The translations under genes and the position numbers were made by a program. Below are positions 8,049-17,772 of a stretch of DNA of 60,585 bases, piece after piece. Position 1 is the first letter of the stretch, and each line of letters begins with the position of its first letter. The notes under the pieces were generated by a model. That model saw nothing but the letters and a program-made list of their open reading frames with translations, searched no databases and had not been told where the DNA came from. Source of the DNA: Pseudomonadota bacterium (GTDB taxonomy: Bacteria; Bdellovibrionota_C; UBA2361; OMII01); NCBI GenBank assembly GCA_046300175.1, contig JBKCMS010000066.1:1-60585 (forward strand), read 5' to 3'.

Positions 8049-9839
8049 ATGCCTTTTTTCGCTAACAATCCTAAAAACGTATTTGAGGCGATCCTCAAAT
8101 ATGGGCATGACGAGGACTTCAACCCGAAGCCCTCTCCCACATTTGTAGCAACTGATGCACCGGCGGGCTCACTTGAGAAGATAGAGATTCTTAGACAACG
8201 AGTAGAGCTGGGCCAACCGTTGTGGCATGACGGTGACCGGGTGGATTACTCGGGAATCGATCCGATACGCTTTTTTGGTGAAGGTCCTACGGGTGCTGAT
8301 GATGAACAAAGTAATAGCCTAGAGGGTGATTATCCGAGTGATGAAGAGCTGCTAAATAGCAATCAAGAGCCGCAGCCGCCAGGGACTCTTAGTGAAGATA
8401 GCGCTGATGATCATTTTGAGAGCTATTTGAGAGCAAGGGAGTCGCATTCTAGGGGGAATGAGGGAAATGGCGCACTAACGACCCAGACACCGCCACCAAG
8501 AGTGAAACTTGGTGAGTGGGCGACGGGTTTCAAAAAAGAGATGACTGACCTTGTCCTTAAAGATCCGAGAGCAGCATTTGAGATGGCTGCTTCCTGCAGT
8601 CTTAGTAAAAATCCTGAACTAATCAGTGGTAGGTTAGAGTCAGAACAGGAAGCGGCGAAGCGAATGTTCCTGGCGGCAGTGGTTGGAAGATACTCTGAAA
8701 GTAACTTTCCAGAACTGCTTCAGGGATCTCTGCGGTTAGAAAATGCGGCAGACGGGAGCAAATTTTTCCGCAGGTTGGTTCTTAAGGCATTGGGAGTAAT
8801 ATGTACGGGAATTATAGCGCAGTCTAAAAAAGAGATCGCTAAAAACCCGACCAGCAGAGAAACAGTTTGTAATGCTGCCCGTCACGAGATTGTCGGTCTT
8901 GTAAAAGGTGTTAGTGCTTGGAGTAAAAAGTCCTCAAGCGTGGCGTTGCTGGAATCAAGACTTATAAAGGGGCTGTCCCAACGGGACGCAGCCGAGAAGT
9001 TGGGTTTTAAGCGGAAAAAAGCGATTGAACTTGAATCAAGGCTTAAAAAAAAGCTATTTGGCGAGAATCACTACGGTTTAAAAATATTTCCAAGCTCACG
9101 ACCTCCTTATAACAACCCTGCAGGGTACGATAGGGAGCCTAAAGCAGCTGGGAAAGTAACGGCTGGAAATAATCTGTCCGATAAGGAATTTATCGAGCGT
9201 TATTCAGATTGGTTGGGGCCGTGGGCAAAAAAATTCTGTGTAGAGCGTAGCAAATTATTTAGAGAGCTAATGAGTGGTATAAACCGTGATCCTGATGGCA
9301 TATTTGATTACGGGCCTTCGCTCGACGCCAGTTCTTCTCCAACCACCAACGAATTCGCATCCCAAGATCAAGCAGGATACTTTACAAGGATATTCTACGT
9401 TGCGTTCGCCGGTAGGTACGGCAGATTCCCTCAAGGGGGAAATTTGTATCCGATCCCTTTGCGAATGGTTGGCCATCAAATCGGTTGTGACTACTTTCGT
9501 TCCGTAGCTATTACGGCTGCAAGAGCCCAGATAAGTCGGTTACTAGTCAAGTACCCCAATGCTACGGTAGTGCCGAACGATCTGAAACAAGAGATTGCGC
9601 AAGTTCTAAGTAAGGATTTTTTTGTATTTTGGTATGGCTACCCAGAGCGGATCGATTTAGTCAAATCCCGCATTCTTACAGGAACGTCCCTGAAGGAGTT
9701 TGCGGAGAGTAGGCATATTCCCGTGGACAAGGTGAGCAAATGGGAGCAGTATTTCAAAAAAGATTTCGATGTTTTGCGAGGTCGCGACGGTCTTTTCCCT
9801 CTCCCCTCACGCAGAGGTTCCCTGGAGGGCGCCCTTTAA
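8049..9839 (+). CDS. hypothetical protein with duplicated ~240-aa module ending in a sigma-region-4-like HTH
   Basis: 596-aa ORF; internal repeat (RMFLAAVVGRYS / RIFYVAFAGRYG) and two HTH-like segments (GLSQRDAAEKLG / GTSLKEFAESRH). Confidence 0.75.
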   Translation: MPFFANNPKNVFEAILKYGHDEDFNPKPSPTFVATDAPAGSLEKIEILRQRVELGQPLWHDGDRVDYSGIDPIRFFGEGPTGADDEQSNSLEGDYPSDEELLNSNQEPQPPGTLSEDSADDHFESYLRARESHSRGNEGNGALTTQTPPPRVKLGEWATGFKKEMTDLVLKDPRAAFEMAASCSLSKNPELISGRLESEQEAAKRMFLAAVVGRYSESNFPELLQGSLRLENAADGSKFFRRLVLKALGVICTGIIAQSKKEIAKNPTSRETVCNAARHEIVGLVKGVSAWSKKSSSVALLESRLIKGLSQRDAAEKLGFKRKKAIELESRLKKKLFGENHYGLKIFPSSRPPYNNPAGYDREPKAAGKVTAGNNLSDKEFIERYSDWLGPWAKKFCVERSKLFRELMSGINRDPDGIFDYGPSLDASSSPTTNEFASQDQAGYFTRIFYVAFAGRYGRFPQGGNLYPIPLRMVGHQIGCDYFRSVAITAARAQISRLLVKYPNATVVPNDLKQEIAQVLSKDFFVFWYGYPERIDLVKSRILTGTSLKEFAESRHIPVDKVSKWEQYFKKDFDVLRGRDGLFPLPSRRGSLEGAL

Positions 9840-12458
9840 GGCCTGATAGTCAGTCTTGCCACTGCCTAAGACAGGCAAGTTCTGTATCTGGCGTGTCTCG
9901 CTGATGTGTACAAGGGGAGGGAAGCCAGCATCCTTAAGGGTTGCGTTGGCTGTTTCAACCGAGAGGGTGCCGGCAGCAAATGCGACTAACTTGGGTCGCC
10001 CATCGCCCTCGGTGCCCTGCGCTAGAACCGCCACCGATGGGGCGCCATCGGGTGATGGGACACGTTTCTGCAACGCCTCCTCAACGGCTCCTAGACTAAC
10101 CATCTCACCGGCTATCTTGATGAACCGCTTAAGGCGGCCGGTGATAATCAGGGAGCCGTTGTTCAACATCCCGAGGTCCCCTGAGTTGTACCAGCGTTCA
10201 TGACAGTACTCGATGAAGGGGTTGAGAACAGGGTCGAGGTATCCATGAAACACGCTCGGTCCTTTTATGAGTATGAGCCCTTGCTGACCATCGGGGATCG
10301 CCTTGAGGCTCTCTGGATGCACTATTGCTAGCGCCACCCCAGTTAGAGGTCGACCGACCCCGATTCTGGGCTCCTCAGGCCTTCCAACGCTCACCACAGG
10401 GCTACATTCAGTAATGCCATACCCTTCAAGTATCTGCATTCGTGGATTGATCGACATAGCCAGCGTAAACAGATCTTCCGGCGCGCGCTCAGCTCCGGAG
10501 ATCAGGGCTCTAAGGGATGCAAATTGATCTGCTGTTCCTGCTTTTAGGATTGAACGGAGAAACGTCGGGGTGCCCGCGGCGATAGTTGCATTCCATGTTG
10601 AGATCGCCTTGGCTATTTTTCGGCTCTCGTTTGGATTTGAATGATAGGCAACCTTGAGGCCGGTAATCAGCGGCAGCAAGGTGCAGATAGTCAGGCCAAA
10701 AGAGTGAAAAGGGGGTAGGAAGCCAAGCAGTGTATCCGCGCGCGAGATACTGAAGGCCTCCAGCACACCTTGAATGTTGGTCATAATGTTTCTATGCGTG
10801 AGCGGTACACCTTTTGGTAGCGCTTCAGAGCCACTGGTAAAAAGCACTACCGCAGGTGAGTCGGGGTCGCGAGCGGATTGACCTAGAGCTTTAAGTATCT
10901 CGTCGCTAGGCCGCCGCGAGAGAAGCTTGCCAGTAAGCTTGTCCTTAAATGTCAAGGCGCCAGCGACCTGCTCAAGAAGAACAAAACGCTCTTCAAGAAA
11001 CTCAAGATCGGTAGGCACAACATCTAGGAAACTTTCCGCTGTGAAGATCGCCTTGAGTTGCGTTGTATCGCAGGCATGCAACAGGGATCGCTTGCCCGCG
11101 GTCCAGTTAAGAAATACCGGAATCTTTCCGGCGAGAATAGCAGCCATCGTTACAAGCGAGCCGGTAACCGAAGCTGGAAGTAGCACACCAACGTGCGATT
11201 CCGGTAGCTGTGCGATATATCGCGCCAACGTGACTACTTTGAGCTTGGCAGTGTTCCATGTAATAGCACCTGATCGTGGATCTGCGAGCGCTGCGTGTCT
11301 CCCGTAACGAGAGCAAGCTATTAGGAACGCTTCTGCTATAGTTGCGGCCGATTGCAACTCAGGGTCGGGCCGGGAATCATTGCCCCAACTCCAACTCTCA
11401 GGAGCTGTGACCTGAGTTTTGGCATGGGTAGCACTTAATTGCCCCACAGCGGCACGCATCAGCGAGCCGATTGTCAGAAGCTCTGAAAGCTCGACATCAT
11501 GAACTTCAAATTCCCGGTCGAGCCAGATCAGTAGCTCAGCAGTAGAAAGGGAATCAATACCAAGGTCATCGCCTAGCCGTGTCTCCGGGTTTAAAGTATC
11601 AACTGGTACCTGAGCTAACTGCGCAACTCGCGACAAAACTTTTTCTCTTATGTCTTCTGGAACTGTCTCGAGGGAATCGTTTAGAAGTTTACGTTCCGGT
11701 AGAGCGGGAACGCTGCGCATCAGAAAGCTGTGAGAAACAAGGGTCGGAGCCTCGGGCTCTGGGGAGTTATAAAAACCCTCAAGATACCTATTTATAGCCA
11801 TCGGATCGCCGTCGCGCGGAAACTGCGGCGGATTAAACGAGATTTCTATCGTCACCGGACGTCTAGGAGTAAACAGAAACAGGTTCTGCGCCAAAACCCG
11901 AAGACCTTTCAGGCAGGTCTTGCCAACATCAGGGGTAGTACCGCCGGTGGTGGCTTTGGAGAAGATACTTCCGCATAGACCGCGAATCTTGACGACAGCG
12001 ATCTGAGCGTTAGGATATCCGCCAAGGATTGAGTGAACCCCCGAAGCGCCTCCAATCCTTTCAGGTCCGCTCACCGAGAGTCTACCAGATGGATAGAAGA
12101 GCACGTTGTTCCCGTATTCTAGCGACTTAACGATCTGCGCTAGGCTGCGCTCTATTCGGCGCCGCTTGTAAGGACCCGAATCAAATTCCATATCAGCCAT
12201 CGGAATAGCGCGTATGCGTTTAAGGATAGAGTGCAGAAACGGAAGGCGATACATACCCTCAATGACCACCGGTCGAGGATGTAGAAGATCCCAGAGGATG
12301 GTGGTTATGATCACCGGGTCTACCTCAGCTGGGTGATTGGGTAGGATCAGCACCCCGTTAGTCTTAGAGATATTCTCAATTCCGGTGACAGTAATCCGGT
12401 AGCGTAGACCGAGGAGGCCTTTGAGTATTCGTGCCAACATACCGGTGTATGGTTCCAC
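9807..12458 (-). CDS. Aas-like acyltransferase-ACP-acyl-adenylate ligase
   Basis: PlsC motifs NHPAEVD and FYPSG, carrier-protein motif LGIDSL, AMP-binding motifs FTSGSEALPKGV, EGYGITE and YNSGDLG. Confidence 0.88.
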   Translation of the reverse strand: MEPYTGMLARILKGLLGLRYRITVTGIENISKTNGVLILPNHPAEVDPVIITTILWDLLHPRPVVIEGMYRLPFLHSILKRIRAIPMADMEFDSGPYKRRRIERSLAQIVKSLEYGNNVLFYPSGRLSVSGPERIGGASGVHSILGGYPNAQIAVVKIRGLCGSIFSKATTGGTTPDVGKTCLKGLRVLAQNLFLFTPRRPVTIEISFNPPQFPRDGDPMAINRYLEGFYNSPEPEAPTLVSHSFLMRSVPALPERKLLNDSLETVPEDIREKVLSRVAQLAQVPVDTLNPETRLGDDLGIDSLSTAELLIWLDREFEVHDVELSELLTIGSLMRAAVGQLSATHAKTQVTAPESWSWGNDSRPDPELQSAATIAEAFLIACSRYGRHAALADPRSGAITWNTAKLKVVTLARYIAQLPESHVGVLLPASVTGSLVTMAAILAGKIPVFLNWTAGKRSLLHACDTTQLKAIFTAESFLDVVPTDLEFLEERFVLLEQVAGALTFKDKLTGKLLSRRPSDEILKALGQSARDPDSPAVVLFTSGSEALPKGVPLTHRNIMTNIQGVLEAFSISRADTLLGFLPPFHSFGLTICTLLPLITGLKVAYHSNPNESRKIAKAISTWNATIAAGTPTFLRSILKAGTADQFASLRALISGAERAPEDLFTLAMSINPRMQILEGYGITECSPVVSVGRPEEPRIGVGRPLTGVALAIVHPESLKAIPDGQQGLILIKGPSVFHGYLDPVLNPFIEYCHERWYNSGDLGMLNNGSLIITGRLKRFIKIAGEMVSLGAVEEALQKRVPSPDGAPSVAVLAQGTEGDGRPKLVAFAAGTLSVETANATLKDAGFPPLVHISETRQIQNLPVLGSGKTDYQALKGALQGTSA

Positions 12459-12700
12459 CGACTGGCAGCTAAAGGCAAGTGATAAACCAATCTGGGTTTC
12501 AATCTACTGAGTGGATGGCTAAAAGTGTTAATTGGCCTCAATGTGGCGTTTTGAAGAGAGTTGAGCTCAAAAGTATCTTCTGCTCAGGTTGACGATATGT
12601 GCGCCGCCACTTAAAAAGAGGGTTAGTTTTGACAGTGGGCCCCCCTTTACGGCAGACTCCCTGTTGTTGTACGGTAGTGGGGTATTTTCCGTTTACCTGT

Positions 12701-12774
12701 GCGCCTTTAGCTCAGTTGGATAGAGCATCTGGCTTCGAACCAGAGGGTCGGGGGTTCGAGTCCCTCAGGGCGCG
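12701..12774 (+). tRNA. tRNA-Arg (anticodon TCG)
   Basis: Acceptor stem GCGCCTT/AGGGCGC, D-arm GCTC/GAGC, anticodon arm TCTGG-CTTCGAA-CCAGA, GGTTCGAG T-loop; CCA not encoded. Confidence 0.95.
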
Positions 12775-12820
12775 TTTCTTCATTAATCTCAATAAGTTCA
12801 GATAGGATCAGCGGGGTACC

Positions 12821-13744
12821 ATGGCAAGGATTATCGTCACCGGCGGCGCGGGGTTTATAGGATCGCACATTGTCGACCGACTGCTACCGGGCAATGAGCT
12901 TCACGTGATCGATGATCTCTCGAGTGGCTCCCGCGACAATCTACCCAAGGATGTTACGCTTCACGAGCTAGACATTCGCTCTGAGGAAGCAGCGGAAGTG
13001 GTGGCGCAAATTGCGCCCGAGGTGCTCGTGCATGCAGCAGCGCAGATATCGGTAAGAATAAGCATGGATAAGCCATCCGTGGACACTGATATCAATGTGA
13101 CCGGGCTCATAAATCTCCTGACACCTCTGTGCCATACTGACGCCCACCCGCACGTGGTTTTCCTCTCATCTGGAGGAGCGTGTTATGGGGAGCAGGAGGT
13201 GTTCCCCGCGCCTGAGAGTCATCCGGTTAGACCTGAAAGTATCTACGGATTATCTAAGCGCGTTGGGGAGATGTACTTGGAATTTTGGTCACGTGTGTGG
13301 GGTGTGACGAGCACATCACTGCGACTATCGAATGTATATGGTCCGCGCCAGAACCCTCATGGTGAAGCGGGCGTAGTCGCGATTTTTTGTGAGAGGCTCC
13401 TTGCAGGTAAGGATATCACCATTTTTGGCACAGGGGAGCAGACGCGTGATTTCGTCTACGTCGGTGATGTTGCGGATGCCGTGGCTAAGTCGGTCGAGAA
13501 GAGAGTTGCCGGTGAGTTTAATATCGGAACAGCGCGAGAGACGTCGATTGTTTCGCTGGCCAAGAACCTGCGCGATCGGGTGTGCCCTACGGCAAAAGTT
13601 GAGTTTGCTCCGGCAAAGGCGGGGGAGCAGATGCGCAGTGTCATTGATAATACATTGGCTGCTAAGGTCCTGTCGTGGAGGCCTACCCTCGACATGTCTG
13701 TGGGCTTGGACCGCACACTTGAGTGGTACCGTCGCAAGCACTGA
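12821..13744 (+). CDS. NAD-dependent nucleotide-sugar epimerase (UDP-glucose 4-epimerase-like)
   Basis: TGGAGFIGSH, YGLSK (YxxxK), NVYGPRQNPHGEAGV. Confidence 0.92.
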   Translation: MARIIVTGGAGFIGSHIVDRLLPGNELHVIDDLSSGSRDNLPKDVTLHELDIRSEEAAEVVAQIAPEVLVHAAAQISVRISMDKPSVDTDINVTGLINLLTPLCHTDAHPHVVFLSSGGACYGEQEVFPAPESHPVRPESIYGLSKRVGEMYLEFWSRVWGVTSTSLRLSNVYGPRQNPHGEAGVVAIFCERLLAGKDITIFGTGEQTRDFVYVGDVADAVAKSVEKRVAGEFNIGTARETSIVSLAKNLRDRVCPTAKVEFAPAKAGEQMRSVIDNTLAAKVLSWRPTLDMSVGLDRTLEWYRRKH

Positions 13745-13771
13745 CCATCAACCGCTGACCATCAACCGCTG
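13741..13771 (+). repeat. 14-bp tandem duplication (CTGACCATCAACCG)x2
   Basis: Seen directly, overlapping the epimerase stop codon. Confidence 0.7.
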
Positions 13772-13810
13772 GCCGCGTCGGTAAAGTAGCTCTAAAGACG
13801 CAGGCTGGAT

Positions 13811-14935
13811 ATGTCAAATCAAATCATCTCTATATTTATACCGAGTGTACACGGAGGTGGAGCTGAGCGGGCTATGCTCGTATTTGGAGCAGAGCTCATC
13901 AAACGCGGCTTCGCTGTAGATCTCGTAGTTGCTAAATTTCAAGGCCCGCACGTTGATCGCATTCCGCACGGTATGCGCGTTATTGACCTGCAGAGCTCTC
14001 GTATGCTGAGAGCTATCCCGAAGCTTATTAATTATCTCCGAAATACCCGTCCGCGGGCGGTTTTCTCCACGATTACTCACGCGAATATAGCGGCTGTGTG
14101 GGCAGCGTGCAGGGCCAACATCAATGTGCCCGTTATAGTGCGTCAATCAAACGCGCCACGTGCTGAGACCAAGAGCAGCTTTGGGCGCTACATAGCTAGT
14201 CAAATTATTCCCTATGCCTATCCGCGAGCAGCCGGCATTATCGCCGTCTCAGATGGCGTCAAGAGTGAATTGCTTGAATTAAACCGTGCTTTAGTTGGTC
14301 TAACTAAGGTTATCCCTACGCCAGTTCTGACCGATGACATTCAACGGCAGGCTAGCCAGCCCACTGGGCACCCCTGGTTCGATAGCCCCGATTTGCCGAT
14401 TGTATTGAGTGCGGGGCGTCTTGAGCCACATAAAGGTATGCTTGATCTGGTCCAGGCCTTTAGGCTTGTTCGCAACAGCAGACGTGCACGATTAGTAATC
14501 CTGGGCGAGGGAAGTCAGCGCTCGCGTATCGAACGCGAGGTGCAGGAGCTGGGATTAAAAGGTGATGTTGATCTTCCAGGATTTGTGGCTAACCCGTTCT
14601 GTTTTATGCAGCAGGCTAGGGTCTTTGCTCTCGCTTCTTATTATGAGGGACTGCCAAATGTACTTATTCAAGCGATGGCATGTGGGACGCCGGTTGTTTC
14701 AACTGATTGTCGAAGCGGACCCTCAGAGATACTCGCCGGAGGCTCACTGGGTCAACTAGTTCCGGTTGGTGATAGCAGAGGGTTGGCGCGAGCTATTGAG
14801 CTATCACTTGAGCTGCCGAAACAGACGGAGGCTCAGAGATTAGTTTGGGAACGCTACGGTGCTGAGCTGGCGACCTCACAATATCTACAGATTGCTGGGA
14901 TTTCGCCGAATATCCCAATAGAATCCCGAACATGA
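13811..14935 (+). CDS. glycosyltransferase family 4
   Basis: GGGAER, AGRLEPHKG, EGLPNVLIQAMACG (EX7E-like), TDCRSGPSEI. Confidence 0.92.
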   Translation: MSNQIISIFIPSVHGGGAERAMLVFGAELIKRGFAVDLVVAKFQGPHVDRIPHGMRVIDLQSSRMLRAIPKLINYLRNTRPRAVFSTITHANIAAVWAACRANINVPVIVRQSNAPRAETKSSFGRYIASQIIPYAYPRAAGIIAVSDGVKSELLELNRALVGLTKVIPTPVLTDDIQRQASQPTGHPWFDSPDLPIVLSAGRLEPHKGMLDLVQAFRLVRNSRRARLVILGEGSQRSRIEREVQELGLKGDVDLPGFVANPFCFMQQARVFALASYYEGLPNVLIQAMACGTPVVSTDCRSGPSEILAGGSLGQLVPVGDSRGLARAIELSLELPKQTEAQRLVWERYGAELATSQYLQIAGISPNIPIESRT

Positions 14936-16169
14936 TCAGGAAGGGACGCTGATCGAGTAGATTATGGCTGAATATTCCTCCGATGGTCGCCACGATAATC
15001 AGCGCAATCCCATTACGCGAGCCTCGCCGCACAAACGTCAGTAGTGCACTTAGCAGGAACATTACGTAGCTTAAAACTCCCGGTAAACCATTATTTACCC
15101 ACTGCTGGATGTAGATGTTATGGGGCAATTCCGACATCCGCCTCGCAAATCCAGTGCCGTGCCCCAGAAAGGGGGCAGCTTCGATTAACTGCACCCCTTC
15201 TCGCAGAGCTTGATAGCGTGTGCCGGCTGACCCGTCGTCCACCCGTTGGTTATGTAGTAATCGGGTGAGGCGTGAGTTGCTCTGGGTGGCGCCGCTGATC
15301 TGCGTGAAAGCAACGGCGAATGTGATCGCTGTGGTAATGGCAACTAGCAGAGCTAGAACCTCGATCGCCCGTTGCCTAGGAGGCAGAGACGATCCGATGA
15401 AACGAAAGCCCAAATACAACGAAGCAAGCGCGGTAAAGTTGACTAAACCACTTCTGGACATCGTCATACAAACGACACCGAAGGTCGTTACCAAGAGAAG
15501 AATGTTAAATGCTAAGTCCTTGAAGGCAACTGACCTGTCACGCCTATAGCGCTCAGTAAAAGTTAGACCGACAGGAACAGGTCTGCCAAAGCGAAGCCCT
15601 CCAGCGCATAGAATGACTGAAACCAGAGCCGCGAAATTGGCGTTACCTGGAAATCCTGCTGCGCGGTTGGTAATCGGAGCAAAGGTTCCTGGGTGGAGCG
15701 TGTCATACCAGACGGAGAGAGCAAGAAGAGTGTTGCTTAGGAGCGTAGCTCGCGGTAGGAGCGCAGCATCAGTCAACCATCGTCCAAGGAACATAGCCGA
15801 GCATACTATGCACACGCCATAAGGGACCAGAAATACCCACTTACCCCCTTCAGACCAGTAAGTGCCGGGCAGAGCTGCCAACATAAGAGCTGTTAGGGCA
15901 ACCACTGCCAGAGGCGCCAGTGCTGAGAAGTTCTCTGCAATAACTCTGAAAGGTCCCGCGCATGCAGGTTGGGTACAGTGTCGGACCAGAAGGGTTATGC
16001 CGAAGGGACTCAGCAAAATCAGGCATAATAGAGTAGGGCTAGTCGGTAGGAGTCCGGCATGTCCGAGCGCTTGATCCGCAACACAGAAAAAGAGCGCAAG
16101 CACACTAATTGTGTAGCTGCGAGTTGAAAAATATAACCAACGATTAATAGTAGCCCGAACGTATCTCAC
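14793..16169 (-). CDS. O-antigen ligase/Wzy polymerase family membrane protein
   Basis: Many TM helices; RAAGFPGNAN, TMSRSG, PFLGHGTG, PHNIY motifs. Confidence 0.82.
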   Translation of the reverse strand: MRYVRATINRWLYFSTRSYTISVLALFFCVADQALGHAGLLPTSPTLLCLILLSPFGITLLVRHCTQPACAGPFRVIAENFSALAPLAVVALTALMLAALPGTYWSEGGKWVFLVPYGVCIVCSAMFLGRWLTDAALLPRATLLSNTLLALSVWYDTLHPGTFAPITNRAAGFPGNANFAALVSVILCAGGLRFGRPVPVGLTFTERYRRDRSVAFKDLAFNILLLVTTFGVVCMTMSRSGLVNFTALASLYLGFRFIGSSLPPRQRAIEVLALLVAITTAITFAVAFTQISGATQSNSRLTRLLHNQRVDDGSAGTRYQALREGVQLIEAAPFLGHGTGFARRMSELPHNIYIQQWVNNGLPGVLSYVMFLLSALLTFVRRGSRNGIALIIVATIGGIFSHNLLDQRPFLIMFGILLGYSAKSQQSVDIVRSPAQHRSVPKLISEPPSVSAAQVIAQ

Positions 16170-16275
16170 TAAGTTCGTGTATCAGATAGGTGCCGAAACG
16201 ACTCTGCGCCAGCACATAGTGGTGTCTGATTCCATAAAGTAAAGTGCATCCCTCGCGAATTTCGGAAAATTCTAT

Positions 16276-17772
16276 ATGTCTCAAGCCCTCGATTCTGAAG
16301 CACGAAGTATCATTCGTGGCTTTAAGTGGACCTATGCGTCAGTGGCACTTCAAGGGTTTCTCAAATTAGCCGTGCTGATGATCCTAGCGCGACTCTTGAG
16401 TCCCCGCGATTTCGGACTTCTTAGTTTTGCTCTTCTGTGCACAAGCTTTATTGAGCGTATTGTGCAAGGAGGAATAGCTCCGGCACTGGTGCAACTTGAG
16501 CGGCTGTCTAGCGATGCTGTCTGTACCGCTTGGTGGCTCAGCGGAGTGCTTGGAGTATGTTCTACAATCGCGGTGCACAGTAGTGCTAATGCGGTAGCAA
16601 TATTCCTGGGCGAGCCGGAACTGGCTGCGATTATCAAGGTTCTGAGTCTTGGGTGTATGCTTGAAGCGATGGTCGCCATACCAGAGGCGCTGCTACAACG
16701 AGAGCTGCGCTGCAAGGAGATTATGATCGCTGATAATGTGGCTTACCTGATCGCTATGCTCGGGGTATGTGCGGCGCTAGCATTTGCAGGTTGGGGTGTA
16801 TGGTCGCTTGTCATGGCGCAACTATCGCTAAAGATCATCAGGCTCGTGCTGATAATACCAGTGGCGCCACGCCCGAGTGGGGGCTACTACTCATGGTATT
16901 ACACACGTCATCTGATACATATGGGTTTCGGTTTTAGTCTCGGGCGGCTTCTTAACTTCTTCTCCTTGCAAGGTGACAATTTCGTGGTTGGGAGACTGCT
17001 TGGCGCTGAGGCATTGGGCATGTACACCCGTGCCTATCAGCTGATGACTCTACCGGCGATGTATGTAGGCCAGGTTTTTGAGCGGGTTATGTTTCCAGCA
17101 ATGTCCAGAAAGCAGGCCGCCCCAGAGAGGCTGGCTAATGATTTTTTAATGGCGCTTGAGATTCTAACCTTAGTAGCGCTACCAGCGGGTGTGGTGATGT
17201 TTGTCCTAGCGCGAGAGATCGTCCTTGTCGGCTTTGGAGGCGCATGGATCAGTGTCGTGCCGGTAGTCTCTGTGCTTGCATTTGGTGTCTTCTTTCGAAC
17301 TGCGTACAAGTGTAGCGATACGGTAGTGCGGTCAGTGGGAGCAGTCTACCACTATGCTGGTCGCCAGGCGCTGTACGCGGTGCTTGTGCTCGGCGGGGCT
17401 ATGATCGGTGCCCTGCACAACGGCGTGCCGGGTGTGGCGTGGGCGGTGGTGATCGCGGTAGCATTGAACTACATCTCTATGACTCGTCTAAGCACGCGTC
17501 TAGTAGCTGTATCACTTGGGCAGGTATTACAGGCTCATCTGGTCGGAATATGGGCTAGTCTATGGGTTGCAGTTGCTCTGGTAGGTTCGATCGATACCGT
17601 GCGGGCCCATTCAGAATACGAGGTGCTAGTCCTCATAGAGTCAGTGGCGATAGCAGTGTTAGCATGGCTCGCCGGTGTTGCGGTGGCAGCGCTTTTGGTG
17701 CCGTTTGGCTGTTTGCCGGGCTTCATGAAATTACTTAGCGTGCTCCCGAACCGGATAACACCACACCGATAG
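16276..17772 (+). CDS. Wzx polysaccharide flippase
   Basis: ILARLLSPRDFG, DNFVVGRLLGAEALGMYTRAY, multi-TM. Confidence 0.9.
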   Translation: MSQALDSEARSIIRGFKWTYASVALQGFLKLAVLMILARLLSPRDFGLLSFALLCTSFIERIVQGGIAPALVQLERLSSDAVCTAWWLSGVLGVCSTIAVHSSANAVAIFLGEPELAAIIKVLSLGCMLEAMVAIPEALLQRELRCKEIMIADNVAYLIAMLGVCAALAFAGWGVWSLVMAQLSLKIIRLVLIIPVAPRPSGGYYSWYYTRHLIHMGFGFSLGRLLNFFSLQGDNFVVGRLLGAEALGMYTRAYQLMTLPAMYVGQVFERVMFPAMSRKQAAPERLANDFLMALEILTLVALPAGVVMFVLAREIVLVGFGGAWISVVPVVSVLAFGVFFRTAYKCSDTVVRSVGAVYHYAGRQALYAVLVLGGAMIGALHNGVPGVAWAVVIAVALNYISMTRLSTRLVAVSLGQVLQAHLVGIWASLWVAVALVGSIDTVRAHSEYEVLVLIESVAIAVLAWLAGVAVAALLVPFGCLPGFMKLLSVLPNRITPHR

